From the human T2T-CHM13v2.0 reference genome, Homo sapiens, in NCBI RefSeq assembly GCF_009914755.1, contig NC_060930.1: a stretch of DNA of 64,000 bases; one strand, written 5' to 3'. The translations under genes and the position numbers were made by a program. The notes below the pieces were generated by a model that saw only the letters and a list, made by a program, of their open reading frames with translations, was not told the DNA's origin and ran no database searches. Positions 23,951-38,500 of the stretch are shown here, one piece after another; position 1 is the first letter of the stretch; every line of letters starts with the position of its first letter.

Positions 23951-26501
23951 CAGAAAGTGCTTAGTGACGTGTGCGTTCAACTCACAGAGTTTAACGTTTC
24001 TTTTGATAGAGCGTTTCTGAAACACCCTTCTTGTAGTAGCTGCAAGTGGATATTTGGACCTATTGGAGGCCTTCTTTGGAAATGGGATTTCTTCATGTAA
24101 CTCTAGATTGAAGAGTTCTCAGAAACTCCTTTGTGATGTGTGCATTCAATTCAAAGAGTGAAACCTCCCTTTTCACAGAGCAGTTTTGAAACACTGTTTT
24201 TGTAGGATTTCCAAGGGGATATTTATAGCGCATTGAGCCTACGGCGGAAAAAGAAACATCTTCCTATAAAAACTAGACAGAATACTTCTCAGAATCTGCT
24301 TTGCGATGTGTGCGTTCAACTCACAGAGTAAAACTTTTCTTTTGATAGAGCAGTTTTGAAACACTCTTTTTGTAGTATTTGCATGTGTATATTTAGAGCG
24401 CATTGAAGCCCACAGTAGAAAAGGAAATAACTTCACCTAAAACCTAGACAGAAGCAATCTCAGAAACTACTTTGTGATGTGTACATTCAACTCACAGAGT
24501 GGAACTTTCCTCTTTATAGAGCAGTGTTGAAACACTCTTTTTGTAGAAACTGCAAGTGGATATTTGGACCTCTTTGAGGCCTTCGTTGGAAACGGGATTT
24601 CTTCCTATAACCCTAGACAGAAGAATTTTCAGAAACCTCATTGTGATGTGTGCGTTCATCTCACAGAGTGGAGTCTTCCGTTTGATAGAGAAGTTTTGAA
24701 ACCCTGTTCTTGTAGGATTTCCAAGTGGATATTTAGACCACTTTGAAGCCTATGATAGAAAAGGAAACATCTTCATGGAAAACATAGATAGAATCATCCT
24801 CAGAAACAACTTTGTGATGTGTGCGTTGAACTCACCGTCTTTAACCTTTCTTTTGGTAGAGAAGTTTTGAAACACTCTCTTTGTAAAGTCTACAAGTGGA
24901 TATTTTGAGCCCTTGGAGGCATTCTTTGGAAAAGGGAATGTCTTCACATAAAAGGCAGACGGAAGTGTTCTCAGAAACTGCTTTGTGATGTCTGTGTTCA
25001 ACTCACAGAGTTTAACATTTCCTTTGATAGAGCGGTTTAGTAACCCTCTCTTTGTAGAATTTGGAAGTGTATACTAAGAGCGCTTTGAGGCCTATGGTAG
25101 AAAAGGAAATATCTTTCCATAAAAGCTAGACAGAAGCAATCTCAGAAACTCCTTTGCGATGTCTGCATTCAACTCACCGAGTGGAACATTCCTCTTGAGA
25201 GAGCAGTTTGGAAACACTCTTTCTGTAGAATCAGCTTGTTTGTATTTGGACCTCCTTGAGGCCTTCGTTGGAAACGGGTTTTCATCTTATAAACCCAGAC
25301 AGAAGAATTCTCAGAGTCTTCTTTGTGATGTGTGCTTTCAACTCACCGAGATAAAGATTTCTCTTGATAGAGCAATTTGGAAACACTCTTTTTGTAGAAT
25401 TTGCAAGGGTACATTGAGAGCGCTTTCAGGCCTATGGTAGAAAAGGGAATATCTTTCCATAAAAGGTAGACAGAAGCAATCTCAGAAACTACTTTGTGAT
25501 GTGTGCATTCAACTCACCGAGTGCAACGTTCCTCTTGACCGAGCAGTTTGGAAACATTGTTTCTGTAGAATCTGCAAGTGGATATTTGGACCTCTTTGAG
25601 GCCTTCGTTGGAAACGGGATTTCTTCCTATAAACCCAGACAGAAGAATTCTCAGAGACTTCTTTGTGATGTGTGAATTCAACTCACAGTGTGGATCCTTC
25701 CTTTTGATAGAGCAGTTTTGAAACCCTGTTTTTGTAGTATTTCCAAGCGGATATTTGGAACGCCTTGAAGCGTATGGTAGAAAAGGAAATATCTTCCCAT
25801 AAAACCTAGACAGAACCAATCTCAGAAACGACTTTGTGATGTCTGCATTCAAGTCACAGAGTTGAACATTTCTCTTGATAGAGCAGTTTTGAAACCCTCT
25901 TTCTGAAGGATCTGCAAGTGGATATTTGGAACTCCTTTGGGTCTTCGTTGGAAACGGGATTTCTTCGTATAAATCTAGACAGAAGAATTCTCAGAAACTT
26001 CCTTGTGATGTGTGCATTCAACTCAGCGAGTGGCACCTTCCTTTGGATACAGCAGTTTTGAAACACTGTTTTTGTAGTATTTCCAAGCGGATATTTAGAG
26101 CGCCTTGAAGCCTATGCTAGAAATGGAAATATCTCCCCATAAAACCAAGACGGAAGCAATCTCAGAAACTAATGTGTGATGGCTGCATTCCACACACACG
26201 GTGGACCATTTCTCTTGATAGAGCAGTTTTGAAACACTCTTTCTGTAGAATCTGCAAGTGGATAATTGGACCTCCGAGAGGCCTTCGTTGGAAACGGGAT
26301 TTCTTCATCTAAACCTACAGAGAAGTATTCTCAGTAACTTCTTCGGATGTGTGCATTCGACGCACAGAATGGAACATTCCCTTTGATAGAGCAGTTTTGA
26401 GACACCGTTTTTGTAGAATTCCCAAGTGGATATTTAGAGCACTTTGAAGTCTCTGCTAGAAAAGGAAACATCATCATGTAAAAAGTAGATAGAATCGTTC
26501 T
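23951..26501 (+). repeat. 15-mer structural variant HOR (U9, 2551 bp)
   Basis: Marker spacing 24239->26790 = 2551, with the same junction sequence at ~25971-25993. Confidence 0.97.
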
Positions 26502-29500
26502 CAGAAAGTGCTTAGTGTCGTGTGCGTTCAACTCACAGAGTTTAACGTTTCTTTTGATAGAGCGTTTCTGAAACACCCTTCTTGTAGTAGCTGCAAGTGG
26601 ATATTTGGACCTATTGGAGGCCTTCTTTGGAAACGGGATTTCTTCATGTAACTCTAGATTGAAGAATTCTCAGAAACTCCTTTGTGATGTGTGCATTCAA
26701 TTCAAAGAGTGAAACCTCTCTTTTCACAGAGCAGTTTTGAAACACTGTTTTTGTAGGATTTCCAAGGGGATATTTATAGCGCATTGAGCCTACGGCGGAA
26801 AAAGAAACATCTTCCTATAAAAACTAGACAGAATACTTCTCAGAATCTGCTTTGCGATGTGTGCGTTCAACTCACAGAGTAAAACTTTTCTTTTGATAGA
26901 GCAGTTTTGAAACACTCTTTTTGTAGTATTTGCATGTGTATATTTAGAGCGCATTGAAGCCCACAGTAGAAAAGGAAATAACTTCACCTAAAACCTAGAC
27001 AGAAGCAATCTCAGAAACTACTTTGTGATGTGTACATTCAACTCACAGAGTGGAACTTTCCTCTTTATAGAGCAGTGTTGAAACACTCTTTTTGTAGAAA
27101 CTGCAAGTGGATATTTGGACCTCTTTGAGGCCTTCGTTGGAAACGGGATTTCTTCCTATAACCCTAGACAGAAGAATTTTCAGAAACCTCATTGTGATGT
27201 GTGCGTTCATCTCACAGAGTGGAGTCTTCCGTTTGATAGAGAAGTTTTGAAACCCTGTTCTTGTAGGATTTCCAAGTGGATATTTAGACCACTTTGAAGC
27301 CTATGATAGAAAAGGAAACATCTTCATGGAAAACATAGATAGAATCATCCTCAGAAACAACTTTGTGATGTGTGCGTTGAACTCACCGTCTTTAACCTTT
27401 CTTTTGGTAGAGAAGTTTTGAAACACTCTCTTTGTAAAGTCTACAAGTGGATATTTTGAGCCCTTGGAGGCATTCTTTGGAAAAGGGAATGTCTTCACAT
27501 AAAAGGCAGACGGAAGTGTTCTCAGAAACTGCTTTGTGATGTCTGTGTTCAACTCACAGAGTTTAACATTTCCTTTGATAGAGCGGTTTAGTAACCCTCT
27601 CTTTGTAGAATTTGGAAGTGTATACTAAGAGCGCTTTGAGGCCTATGGTAGAAAAGGAAATATCTTTCCATAAAAGCTAGACAGAAGCAATCTCAGAAAC
27701 TCCTTTGCGATGTCTGCATTCAACTCACCGAGTGGAACATTCCTCTTGAGAGAGCAGTTTGGAAACACTCTTTCTGTAGAATCAGCTTGTTTGTATTTGG
27801 ACCTCCTTGAGGCCTTCGTTGGAAACGGGTTTTCATCTTATAAACCCAGACAGAAGAATTCTCAGAGTCTTCTTTGTGATGTGTGCTTTCAACTCACCGA
27901 GATAAAGATTTCTCTTGATAGAGCAATTTGGAAACACTCTTTTTGTAGAATTTGCAAGGGTACATTGAGAGCGCTTTCAGGCCTATGGTAGAAAAGGGAA
28001 TATCTTTCCATAAAGGTAGACAGAAGCAATCTCAGAAACTACTTTGTGATGTGTGCATTCAACTCACCGAGTGCAACGTTCCTCTTGACCGAGCAGTTTG
28101 GAAACATTGTTTCTGTAGAATCTGCAAGTGGATATTTGGACCTCTTTGAGGCCTTCGTTGGAAACGGGATTTCTTCCTATAAACCCAGACAGAAGAATTC
28201 TCAGAGACTTCTTTGTGATGTGTGAATTCAACTCACAGTGTGGATCCTTCCTTTTGATAGAGCAGTTTTGAAACCCTGTTTTTGTAGTATTTCCAAGCGG
28301 ATATTTGGAACGCCTTGAAGCGTATGGTAGAAAAGGAAATATCTTCCCATAAAACCTAGACAGAACCAATCTCAGAAACGACTTTGTGATGTCTGCATTC
28401 AAGTCACAGAGTTGAACATTTCTCTTGATAGAGCAGTTTTGAAACCCTCTTTCTGAAGGATCTGCAAGTGGATATTTGGAACTCCTTTGGGTCTTCGTTG
28501 GAAACGGGATTTCTTCGTATAAATCTAGACAGAAGAATTCTCCGAAACTTCTTTGGTTGTGTGCATTCAAGTCACAGAGTGGAACCTTCCTTTGGATAGA
28601 GCAGTTTGAAACGCCGTGGTTGTAGTATTTCCAAGCGGATATTAGAGCGCCTTGAGGCCTATGGTAGAAAAGGAAATATCTTCCCATAAAACCTAGACGG
28701 AAGCAATCTCAGAAACTACTGTGTGATGGCTGCATTCCACACACACGGTGGAACATTTCTCTTGATAGAGCAGTTTTGAAACACTCTTTCTGTAGAATCT
28801 GCAAGTGGATAATTGGACCGCCTTGAGGCCTTCGTTGGAAACGGGATTTCTTCATGTTACTCTAGATAGAAGAATTCTCAAACACTGCTATGTGATGTTT
28901 GCATTCAAGTCACAGAGTGCAACATTCCTCTTGGTAGAGCAGTTGGGAAACACTCCTTTTGTAGAATCTGCAATGGGATATTTGGACTTCTTTGAGGCCT
29001 TCGTTGGAAACGGGATTTCTTCGTATGAATCTAGACAGAAGAATTCTCAGAAACTTCCTTGTGATGTGTGCATTCAACTCAGCGAGTGGCACCTTCCTTT
29101 GGATACAGCAGTTTTGAAACACTGTTTTTGTAGTATTTCCAAGCGGATATTTAGAGCGCCTTGAAGCCTATGCTAGAAATGGAAATATCTCCCCATAAAA
29201 CCAAGACAGAAGCAATCTCAGAAACTAATGTGTGATGGCTGCATTCCACACACACGGTGGACCATTTCTCTTGATAGAGCAGTTTTGAAACACTCTTTCT
29301 GTAGAATCTGCAAGTGGATAATTGGACCTCCTAGAGGCCTTCGTTGGAAACGGGATTTCTTCATCTAAACCTACAGAGAAGAATTCTCAGTAACTTCTTC
29401 GGATGTGTGCATTCGACGCACAGAATGGAACATTCCCTTTGATAGAGCAGTTTTGAGACACCGTTTTTGTAGAATTCCCAAGTGGATATTTAGAGCACTT

Positions 29501-32500
29501 TGAAGTCTCTGCTAGAAAAGGAAACATCTTCATGTAAAAAGTAGATAGAATCGTTCTCAGAAAGTGCTTAGTGACGTGTGCGTTCAACTCACAGAGTTTA
29601 ACGTTTCTTTTGATAGAGCGTTTCTGAAACACCCTTCTTGTAGTAGCTGCAAGTGGATATTTGGACCTATTGGAGGCCTTCTTTGGAAATGGGATTTCTT
29701 CATGTAACTCTAGATTGAAGAGTTCTCAGAAACTCCTTTGTGATGTGTGCATTCAATTCAAAGAGTGAAACCTCCCTTTTCACAGAGCAGTTTTGAAACA
29801 CTGTTTTTGTAGGATTTCCAAGGGGATATTTATAGCGCATTGAGCCTACGGCGGAAAAAGAAACATCTTCCTATAAAAACTAGACAGAATACTTCTCAGA
29901 ATCTGCTTTGCGATGTGTGCGTTCAACTCACAGAGTAAAACTTTTCTTTTGATAGAGCAGTTTTGAAACACTCTTTTTGTAGTATTTGCATGTGTATATT
30001 TAGAGCGCATTGAAGCCCACAGTAGAAAAGGAAATAACTTCACCTAAAACCTAGACAGAAGCAATCTCAGAAACTACTTTGTGATGTGTACATTCAACTC
30101 ACAGAGTGGAACTTTCCTCTTTATAGAGCAGTGTTGAAACACTCTTTTTGTAGAAACTGCAAGTGGATATTTGGACCTCTTTGAGGCCTTCGTTGGAAAC
30201 GGGATTTCTTCCTATAACCCTAGACAGAAGAATTTTCAGAAACCTCATTGTGATGTGTGCGTTCATCTCACAGAGTGGAGTCTTCCGTTTGATAGAGAAG
30301 TTTTGAAACCCTGTTCTTGTAGGATTTCCAAGTGGATATTTAGACCACTTTGAAGCCTATGATAGAAAAGGAAACATCTTCATGGAAAACATAGATAGAA
30401 TCATCCTCAGAAACAACTTTGTGATGTGTGCGTTGAACTCACCGTCTTTAACCTTTCTTTTGGTAGAGAAGTTTTGAAACACTCTCTTTGTAAAGTCTAC
30501 AAGTGGATATTTTGAGCCCTTGGAGGCATTCTTTGGAAAAGGGAATGTCTTCACATAAAAGGCAGACGGAAGTGTTCTCAGAAACTGCTTTGTGATGTCT
30601 GTGTTCAACTCACAGAGTTTAACATTTCCTTTGATAGAGCGGTTTAGTAACCCTCTCTTTGTAGAATTTGGAAGTGTATACTAAGAGCGCTTTGAGGCCT
30701 ATGGTAGAAAAGGAAATATCTTTCCATAAAAGCTAGACAGAAGCAATCTCAGAAACTCCTTTGCGATGTCTGCATTCAACTCACCGAGTGGAACATTCCT
30801 CTTGAGAGAGCAGTTTGGAAACACTCTTTCTGTAGAATCAGCTTGTTTGTATTTGGACCTCCTTGAGGCCTTCGTTGGAAACGGGTTTTCATCTTATAAA
30901 CCCAGACAGAAGAATTCTCAGAGTCTTCTTTGTGATGTGTGCTTTCAACTCACCGAGATAAAGATTTCTCTTGATAGAGCAATTTGGAAACACTCTTTTT
31001 GTAGAATTTGCAAGGGTACATTGAGAGCGCTTTCAGGCCTATGGTAGAAAAGGGAATATCTTTCCATAAAAGGTAGACAGAAGCAATCTCAGAAACTACT
31101 TTGTGATGTGTGCATTCAACTCACCGAGTGCAACGTTCCTCTTGACAGAGCAGTTTGGAAACATTGTTTCTGTAGAATCTGCAAGTGGATATTTGGACCT
31201 CTTTGAGGCCTTCGTTGGAAACGGGATTTCTTCCTATAAACCCAGACAGAAGAATTCTCAGAGACTTCTTTGTGATGTGTGAATTCAACTCACAGTGTGG
31301 ATCCTTCCTTTTGATAGAGCAGTTTTGAAACCCTGTTTTTGTAGTATTTCCAAGCGGATATTCGGAACGCCTTGAAGCGTATGGTAGAAAAGGAAATATC
31401 TTCCCATAAAACCTAGACAGAACCAATCTCAGAAACGACTTTGTGATGTCTGCATTCAAGTCACAGAGTTGAACATTTCTCTTGATAGAGCAGTTTTGAA
31501 ACCCTCTTTCTGAAGGATCTGCAAGTGGATATTTGGAACTCCTTTGGGTCTTCGTTGGAAACGGGATTTCTTCGTATAAATCTAGACAGAAGAATTCTCC
31601 GAAACTTCTTTGGTTGTGTGCATTCAAGTCACAGAGTGGAACCTTCCTTTGGATAGAGCAGTTTGAAACGCCGTGGTTGTAGTATTTCCAAGCGGATATT
31701 AGAGCGCCTTGAGGCCTATGGTAGAAAAGGAAATATCTTCCCATAAAACCTAGACGGAAGCAATCTCAGAAACTACTGTGTGATGGCTGCATTCCACACA
31801 CACGGTGGAACATTTCTCTTGATAGAGCAGTTTTGAAACACTCTTTCTGTAGAATCTGCAAGTGGATAATTGGACCGCCTTGAGGCCTTCGTTGGAAACG
31901 GGATTTCTTCATGTTACTCTAGATAGAAGAATTCTCAAACACTGCTATGTGATGTTTGCATTCAAGTCACAGAGTGCAACATTCCTCTTGGTAGAGCAGT
32001 TGGGAAACACTCCTTTTGTAGAATCTGCAATGGGATATTTGGACTTCTTTGAGGCCTTCGTTGGAAACGGGATTTCTTCGTATGAATCTAGACAGAAGAA
32101 TTCTCAGAAACTTCCTTGTGATGTGTGCATTCAACTCAGCGAGTGGCACCTTCCTTTGGATACAGCAGTTTTGAAACACTGTTTTTGTAGTATTTCCAAG
32201 CGGATATTTAGAGCGCCTTGAAGCCTATGCTAGAAATGGAAATATCTCCCCATAAAACCAAGACAGAAGCAATCTCAGAAACTAATGTGTGATGGCTGCA
32301 TTCCACACACACGGTGGACCATTTCTCTTGATAGAGCAGTTTTGAAACACTCTTTCTGTAGAATCTGCAAGTGGATAATTGGACCTCCTAGAGGCCTTCG
32401 TTGGAAACGGGATTTCTTCATCTAAACCTACAGAGAAGAATTCTCAGTAACTTCTTCGGATGTGTGCATTCGACGCACAGAATGGAACATTCCCTTTGAT

Positions 32501-35500
32501 AGAGCAGTTTTGAGACACCGTTTTTGTAGAATTCCCAAGTGGATATTTAGAGCACTTTGAAGTCTCTGCTAGAAAAGGAAACATCTTCATGTAAAAAGTA
32601 GATAGAATCGTTCTCAGAAAGTGCTTAGTGACGTGTGCGTTCAACTCACAGAGTTTAACGTTTCTTTTGATAGAGCGTTTCTGAAACACCCTTCTTGTAG
32701 TAGCTGCAAGTGGATATTTGGACCTATTGGAGGCCTTCTTTGGAAATGGGATTTCTTCATGTAACTCTAGATTGAAGAGTTCTCAGAAACTCCTTTGTGA
32801 TGTGTGCATTCAATTCAAAGAGTGAAACCTCCCTTTTCACAGAGCAGTTTTGAAACACTGTTTTTGTAGGATTTCCAAGGGGATATTTATAGCGCATTGA
32901 GCCTACGGCGGAAAAAGAAACATCTTCCTATAAAAACTAGACAGAATACTTCTCAGAATCTGCTTTGCGATGTGTGCGTTCAACTCACAGAGTAAAACTT
33001 TTCTTTTGATAGAGCAGTTTTGAAACACTCTTTTTGTAGTATTTGCATGTGTATATTTAGAGCGCATTGAAGCCCACAGTAGAAAAGGAAATAACTTCAC
33101 CTAAAACCTAGACAGAAGCAATCTCAGAAACTACTTTGTGATGTGTACATTCAACTCACAGAGTGGAACTTTCCTCTTTATAGAGCAGTGTTGAAACACT
33201 CTTTTTGTAGAAACTGCAAGTGGATATTTGGACCTCTTTGAGGCCTTCGTTGGAAACGGGATTTCTTCCTATAACCCTAGACAGAAGAATTTTCAGAAAC
33301 CTCATTGTGATGTGTGCGTTCATCTCACAGAGTGGAGTCTTCCGTTTGATAGAGAAGTTTTGAAACCCTGTTCTTGTAGGATTTCCAAGTGGATATTTAG
33401 ACCACTTTGAAGCCTATGATAGAAAAGGAAACATCTTCATGGAAAACATAGATAGAATCATCCTCAGAAACAACTTTGTGATGTGTGCGTTGAACTCACC
33501 GTCTTTAACCTTTCTTTTGGTAGAGAAGTTTTGAAACACTCTCTTTGTAAAGTCTACAAGTGGATATTTTGAGCCCTTGGAGGCATTCTTTGGAAAAGGG
33601 AATGTCTTCACATAAAAGGCAGACGGAAGTGTTCTCAGAAACTGCTTTGTGATGTCTGTGTTCAACTCACAGAGTTTAACATTTCCTTTGATAGAGCGGT
33701 TTAGTAACCCTCTCTTTGTAGAATTTGGAAGTGTATACTAAGAGCGCTTTGAGGCCTATGGTAGAAAAGGAAATATCTTTCCATAAAAGCTAGACAGAAG
33801 CAATCTCAGAAACTCCTTTGCGATGTCTGCATTCAACTCACCGAGTGGAACATTCCTCTTGAGAGAGCAGTTTGGAAACACTCTTTCTGTAGAATCAGCT
33901 TGTTTGTATTTGGACCTCCTTGAGGCCTTCGTTGGAAACGGGTTTTCATCTTATAAACCCAGACAGAAGAATTCTCAGAGTCTTCTTTGTGATGTGTGCT
34001 TTCAACTCACCGAGATAAAGATTTCTCTTGATAGAGCAATTTGGAAACACTCTTTTTGTAGAATTTGCAAGGGTACATTGAGAGCGCTTTCAGGCCTATG
34101 GTAGAAAAGGGAATATCTTTCCATAAAAGGTAGACAGAAGCAATCTCAGAAACTACTTTGTGATGTGTGCATTCAACTCACCGAGTGCAACGTTCCTCTT
34201 GACAGAGCAGTTTGGAAACATTGTTTCTGTAGAATCTGCAAGTGGATATTTGGACCTCTTTGAGGCCTTCGTTGGAAACGGGATTTCTTCCTATAAACCC
34301 AGACAGAAGAATTCTCAGAGACTTCTTTGTGATGTGTGAATTCAACTCACAGTGTGGATCCTTCCTTTTGATAGAGCAGTTTTGAAACCCTGTTTTTGTA
34401 GTATTTCCAAGCGGATATTCGGAACGCCTTGAAGCGTATGGTAGAAAAGGAAATATCTTCCCATAAAACCTAGACAGAACCAATCTCAGAAACGACTTTG
34501 TGATGTCTGCATTCAAGTCACAGAGTTGAACATTTCTCTTGATAGAGCAGTTTTGAAACCCTCTTTCTGAAGGATCTGCAAGTGGATATTTGGAACTCCT
34601 TTGGGTCTTCGTTGGAAACGGGATTTCTTCGTATAAATCTAGACAGAAGAATTCTCCGAAACTTCTTTGGTTGTGTGCATTCAAGTCACAGAGTGGAACC
34701 TTCCTTTGGATAGAGCAGTTTGAAACGCCGTGGTTGTAGTATTTCCAAGCGGATATTAGAGCGCCTTGAGGCCTATGGTAGAAAAGGAAATATCTTCCCA
34801 TAAAACCTAGACGGAAGCAATCTCAGAAACTACTGTGTGATGGCTGCATTCCACACACACGGTGGAACATTTCTCTTGATAGAGCAGTTTTGAAACACTC
34901 TTTCTGTAGAATCTGCAAGTGGATAATTGGACCGCCTTGAGGCCTTCGTTGGAAACGGGATTTCTTCATGTTACTCTAGATAGAAGAATTCTCAAACACT
35001 GCTATGTGATGTTTGCATTCAAGTCACAGAGTGCAACATTCCTCTTGGTAGAGCAGTTGGGAAACACTCCTTTTGTAGAATCTGCAATGGGATATTTGGA
35101 CTTCTTTGAGGCCTTCGTTGGAAACGGGATTTCTTCGTATGAATCTAGACAGAAGAATTCTCAGAAACTTCCTTGTGATGTGTGCATTCAACTCAGCGAG
35201 TGGCACCTTCCTTTGGATACAGCAGTTTTGAAACACTGTTTTTGTAGTATTTCCAAGCGGATATTTAGAGCGCCTTGAAGCCTATGCTAGAAATGGAAAT
35301 ATCTCCCCATAAAACCAAGACAGAAGCAATCTCAGAAACTAATGTGTGATGGCTGCATTCCACACACACGGTGGACCATTTCTCTTGATAGAGCAGTTTT
35401 GAAACACTCTTTCTGTAGAATCTGCAAGTGGATAATTGGACCTCCTAGAGGCCTTCGTTGGAAACGGGATTTCTTCATCTAAACCTACAGAGAAGAATTC

Positions 35501-38500
35501 TCAGTAACTTCTTCGGATGTGTGCATTCGACGCACAGAATGGAACATTCCCTTTGATAGAGCAGTTTTGAGACACCGTTTTTGTAGAATTCCCAAGTGGA
35601 TATTTAGAGCACTTTGAAGTCTCTGCTAGAAAAGGAAACATCTTCATGTAAAAAGTAGATAGAATCGTTCTCAGAAAGTGCTTAGTGACGTGTGCGTTCA
35701 ACTCACAGAGTTTAACGTTTCTTTTGATAGAGCGTTTCTGAAACACCCTTCTTGTAGTAGCTGCAAGTGGATATTTGGACCTATTGGAGGCCTTCTTTGG
35801 AAATGGGATTTCTTCATGTAACTCTAGATTGAAGAGTTCTCAGAAACTCCTTTGTGATGTGTGCATTCAATTCAAAGAGTGAAACCTCCCTTTTCACAGA
35901 GCAGTTTTGAAACACTGTTTTTGTAGGATTTCCAAGGGGATATTTATAGCGCATTGAGCCTACGGCGGAAAAAGAAACATCTTCCTATAAAAACTAGACA
36001 GAATACTTCTCAGAATCTGCTTTGCGATGTGTGCGTTCAACTCACAGAGTAAAACTTTTCTTTTGATAGAGCAGTTTTGAAACACTCTTTTTGTAGTATT
36101 TGCATGTGTATATTTAGAGCGCATTGAAGCCCACAGTAGAAAAGGAAATAACTTCACCTAAAACCTAGACAGAAGCAATCTCAGAAACTACTTTGTGATG
36201 TGTACATTCAACTCACAGAGTGGAACTTTCCTCTTTATAGAGCAGTGTTGAAACACTCTTTTTGTAGAAACTGCAAGTGGATATTTGGACCTCTTTGAGG
36301 CCTTCGTTGGAAACGGGATTTCTTCCTATAACCCTAGACAGAAGAATTTTCAGAAACCTCATTGTGATGTGTGCGTTCATCTCACAGAGTGGAGTCTTCC
36401 GTTTGATAGAGAAGTTTTGAAACCCTGTTCTTGTAGGATTTCCAAGTGGATATTTAGACCACTTTGAAGCCTATGATAGAAAAGGAAACATCTTCATGGA
36501 AAACATAGATAGAATCATCCTCAGAAACAACTTTGTGATGTGTGCGTTGAACTCACCGTCTTTAACCTTTCTTTTGGTAGAGAAGTTTTGAAACACTCTC
36601 TTTGTAAAGTCTACAAGTGGATATTTTGAGCCCTTGGAGGCATTCTTTGGAAAAGGGAATGTCTTCACATAAAAGGCAGACGGAAGTGTTCTCAGAAACT
36701 GCTTTGTGATGTCTGTGTTCAACTCACAGAGTTTAACATTTCCTTTGATAGAGCGGTTTAGTAACCCTCTCTTTGTAGAATTTGGAAGTGTATACTAAGA
36801 GCGCTTTGAGGCCTATGGTAGAAAAGGAAATATCTTTCCATAAAAGCTAGACAGAAGCAATCTCAGAAACTCCTTTGCGATGTCTGCATTCAACTCACCG
36901 AGTGGAACATTCCTCTTGAGAGAGCAGTTTGGAAACACTCTTTCTGTAGAATCAGCTTGTTTGTATTTGGACCTCCTTGAGGCCTTCGTTGGAAACGGGT
37001 TTTCATCTTATAAACCCAGACAGAAGAATTCTCAGAGTCTTCTTTGTGATGTGTGCTTTCAACTCACCGAGATAAAGATTTCTCTTGATAGAGCAATTTG
37101 GAAACACTCTTTTTGTAGAATTTGCAAGGGTACATTGAGAGCGCTTTCAGGCCTATGGTAGAAAAGGGAATATCTTTCCATAAAAGGTAGACAGAAGCAA
37201 TCTCAGAAACTACTTTGTGATGTGTGCATTCAACTCACCGAGTGCAACGTTCCTCTTGACCGAGCAGTTTGGAAACATTGTTTCTGTAGAATCTGCAAGT
37301 GGATATTTGGACCTCTTTGAGGCCTTCGTTGGAAACGGGATTTCTTCCTATAAACCCAGACAGAAGAATTCTCAGAGACTTCTTTGTGATGTGTGAATTC
37401 AACTCACAGTGTGGATCCTTCCTTTTGATAGAGCAGTTTTGAAACCCTGTTTTTGTAGTATTTCCAAGCGGATATTCGGAACGCCTTGAAGCGTATGGTA
37501 GAAAAGGAAATATCTTCCCATAAAACCTAGACAGAACCAATCTCAGAAACGACTTTGTGATGTCTGCATTCAAGTCACAGAGTTGAACATTTCTCTTGAT
37601 AGAGCAGTTTTGAAACCCTCTTTCTGAAGGATCTGCAAGTGGATATTTGGAACTCCTTTGGGTCTTCGTTGGAAACGGGATTTCTTCGTATAAATCTAGA
37701 CAGAAGAATTCTCCGAAACTTCTTTGGTTGTGTGCATTCAAGTCACAGAGTGGAACCTTCCTTTGGATAGAGCAGTTTGAAACGCCGTGGTTGTAGTATT
37801 TCCAAGCGGATATTAGAGCGCCTTGAGGCCTATGGTAGAAAAGGAAATATCTTCCCATAAAACCTAGACGGAAGCAATCTCAGAAACTACTGTGTGATGG
37901 CTGCATTCCACACACACGGTGGAACATTTCTCTTGATAGAGCAGTTTTGAAACACTCTTTCTGTAGAATCTGCAAGTGGATAATTGGACCGCCTTGAGGC
38001 CTTCGTTGGAAACGGGATTTCTTCATGTTACTCTAGATAGAAGAATTCTCAAACACTGCTATGTGATGTTTGCATTCAAGTCACAGAGTGCAACATTCCT
38101 CTTGGTAGAGCAGTTGGGAAACACTCCTTTTGTAGAATCTGCAATGGGATATTTGGACTTCTTTGAGGCCTTCGTTGGAAACGGGATTTCTTCGTATGAA
38201 TCTAGACAGAAGAATTCTCAGAAACTTCCTTGTGATGTGTGCATTCAACTCAGCGAGTGGCACCTTCCTTTGGATACAGCAGTTTTGAAACACTGTTTTT
38301 GTAGTATTTCCAAGCGGATATTTAGAGCGCCTTGAAGCCTATGCTAGAAATGGAAATATCTCCCCATAAAACCAAGACAGAAGCAATCTCAGAAACTAAT
38401 GTGTGATGGCTGCATTCCACACACACGGTGGACCATTTCTCTTGATAGAGCAGTTTTGAAACACTCTTTCTGTAGAATCTGCAAGTGGATAATTGGACCT

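Noticed and set aside
27952-28149. ORF unique to one unit (also 52349-52567 and 52418-52609)
   Set aside because: Explained entirely by single-base homopolymer indels shifting the frame; no evidence of function.
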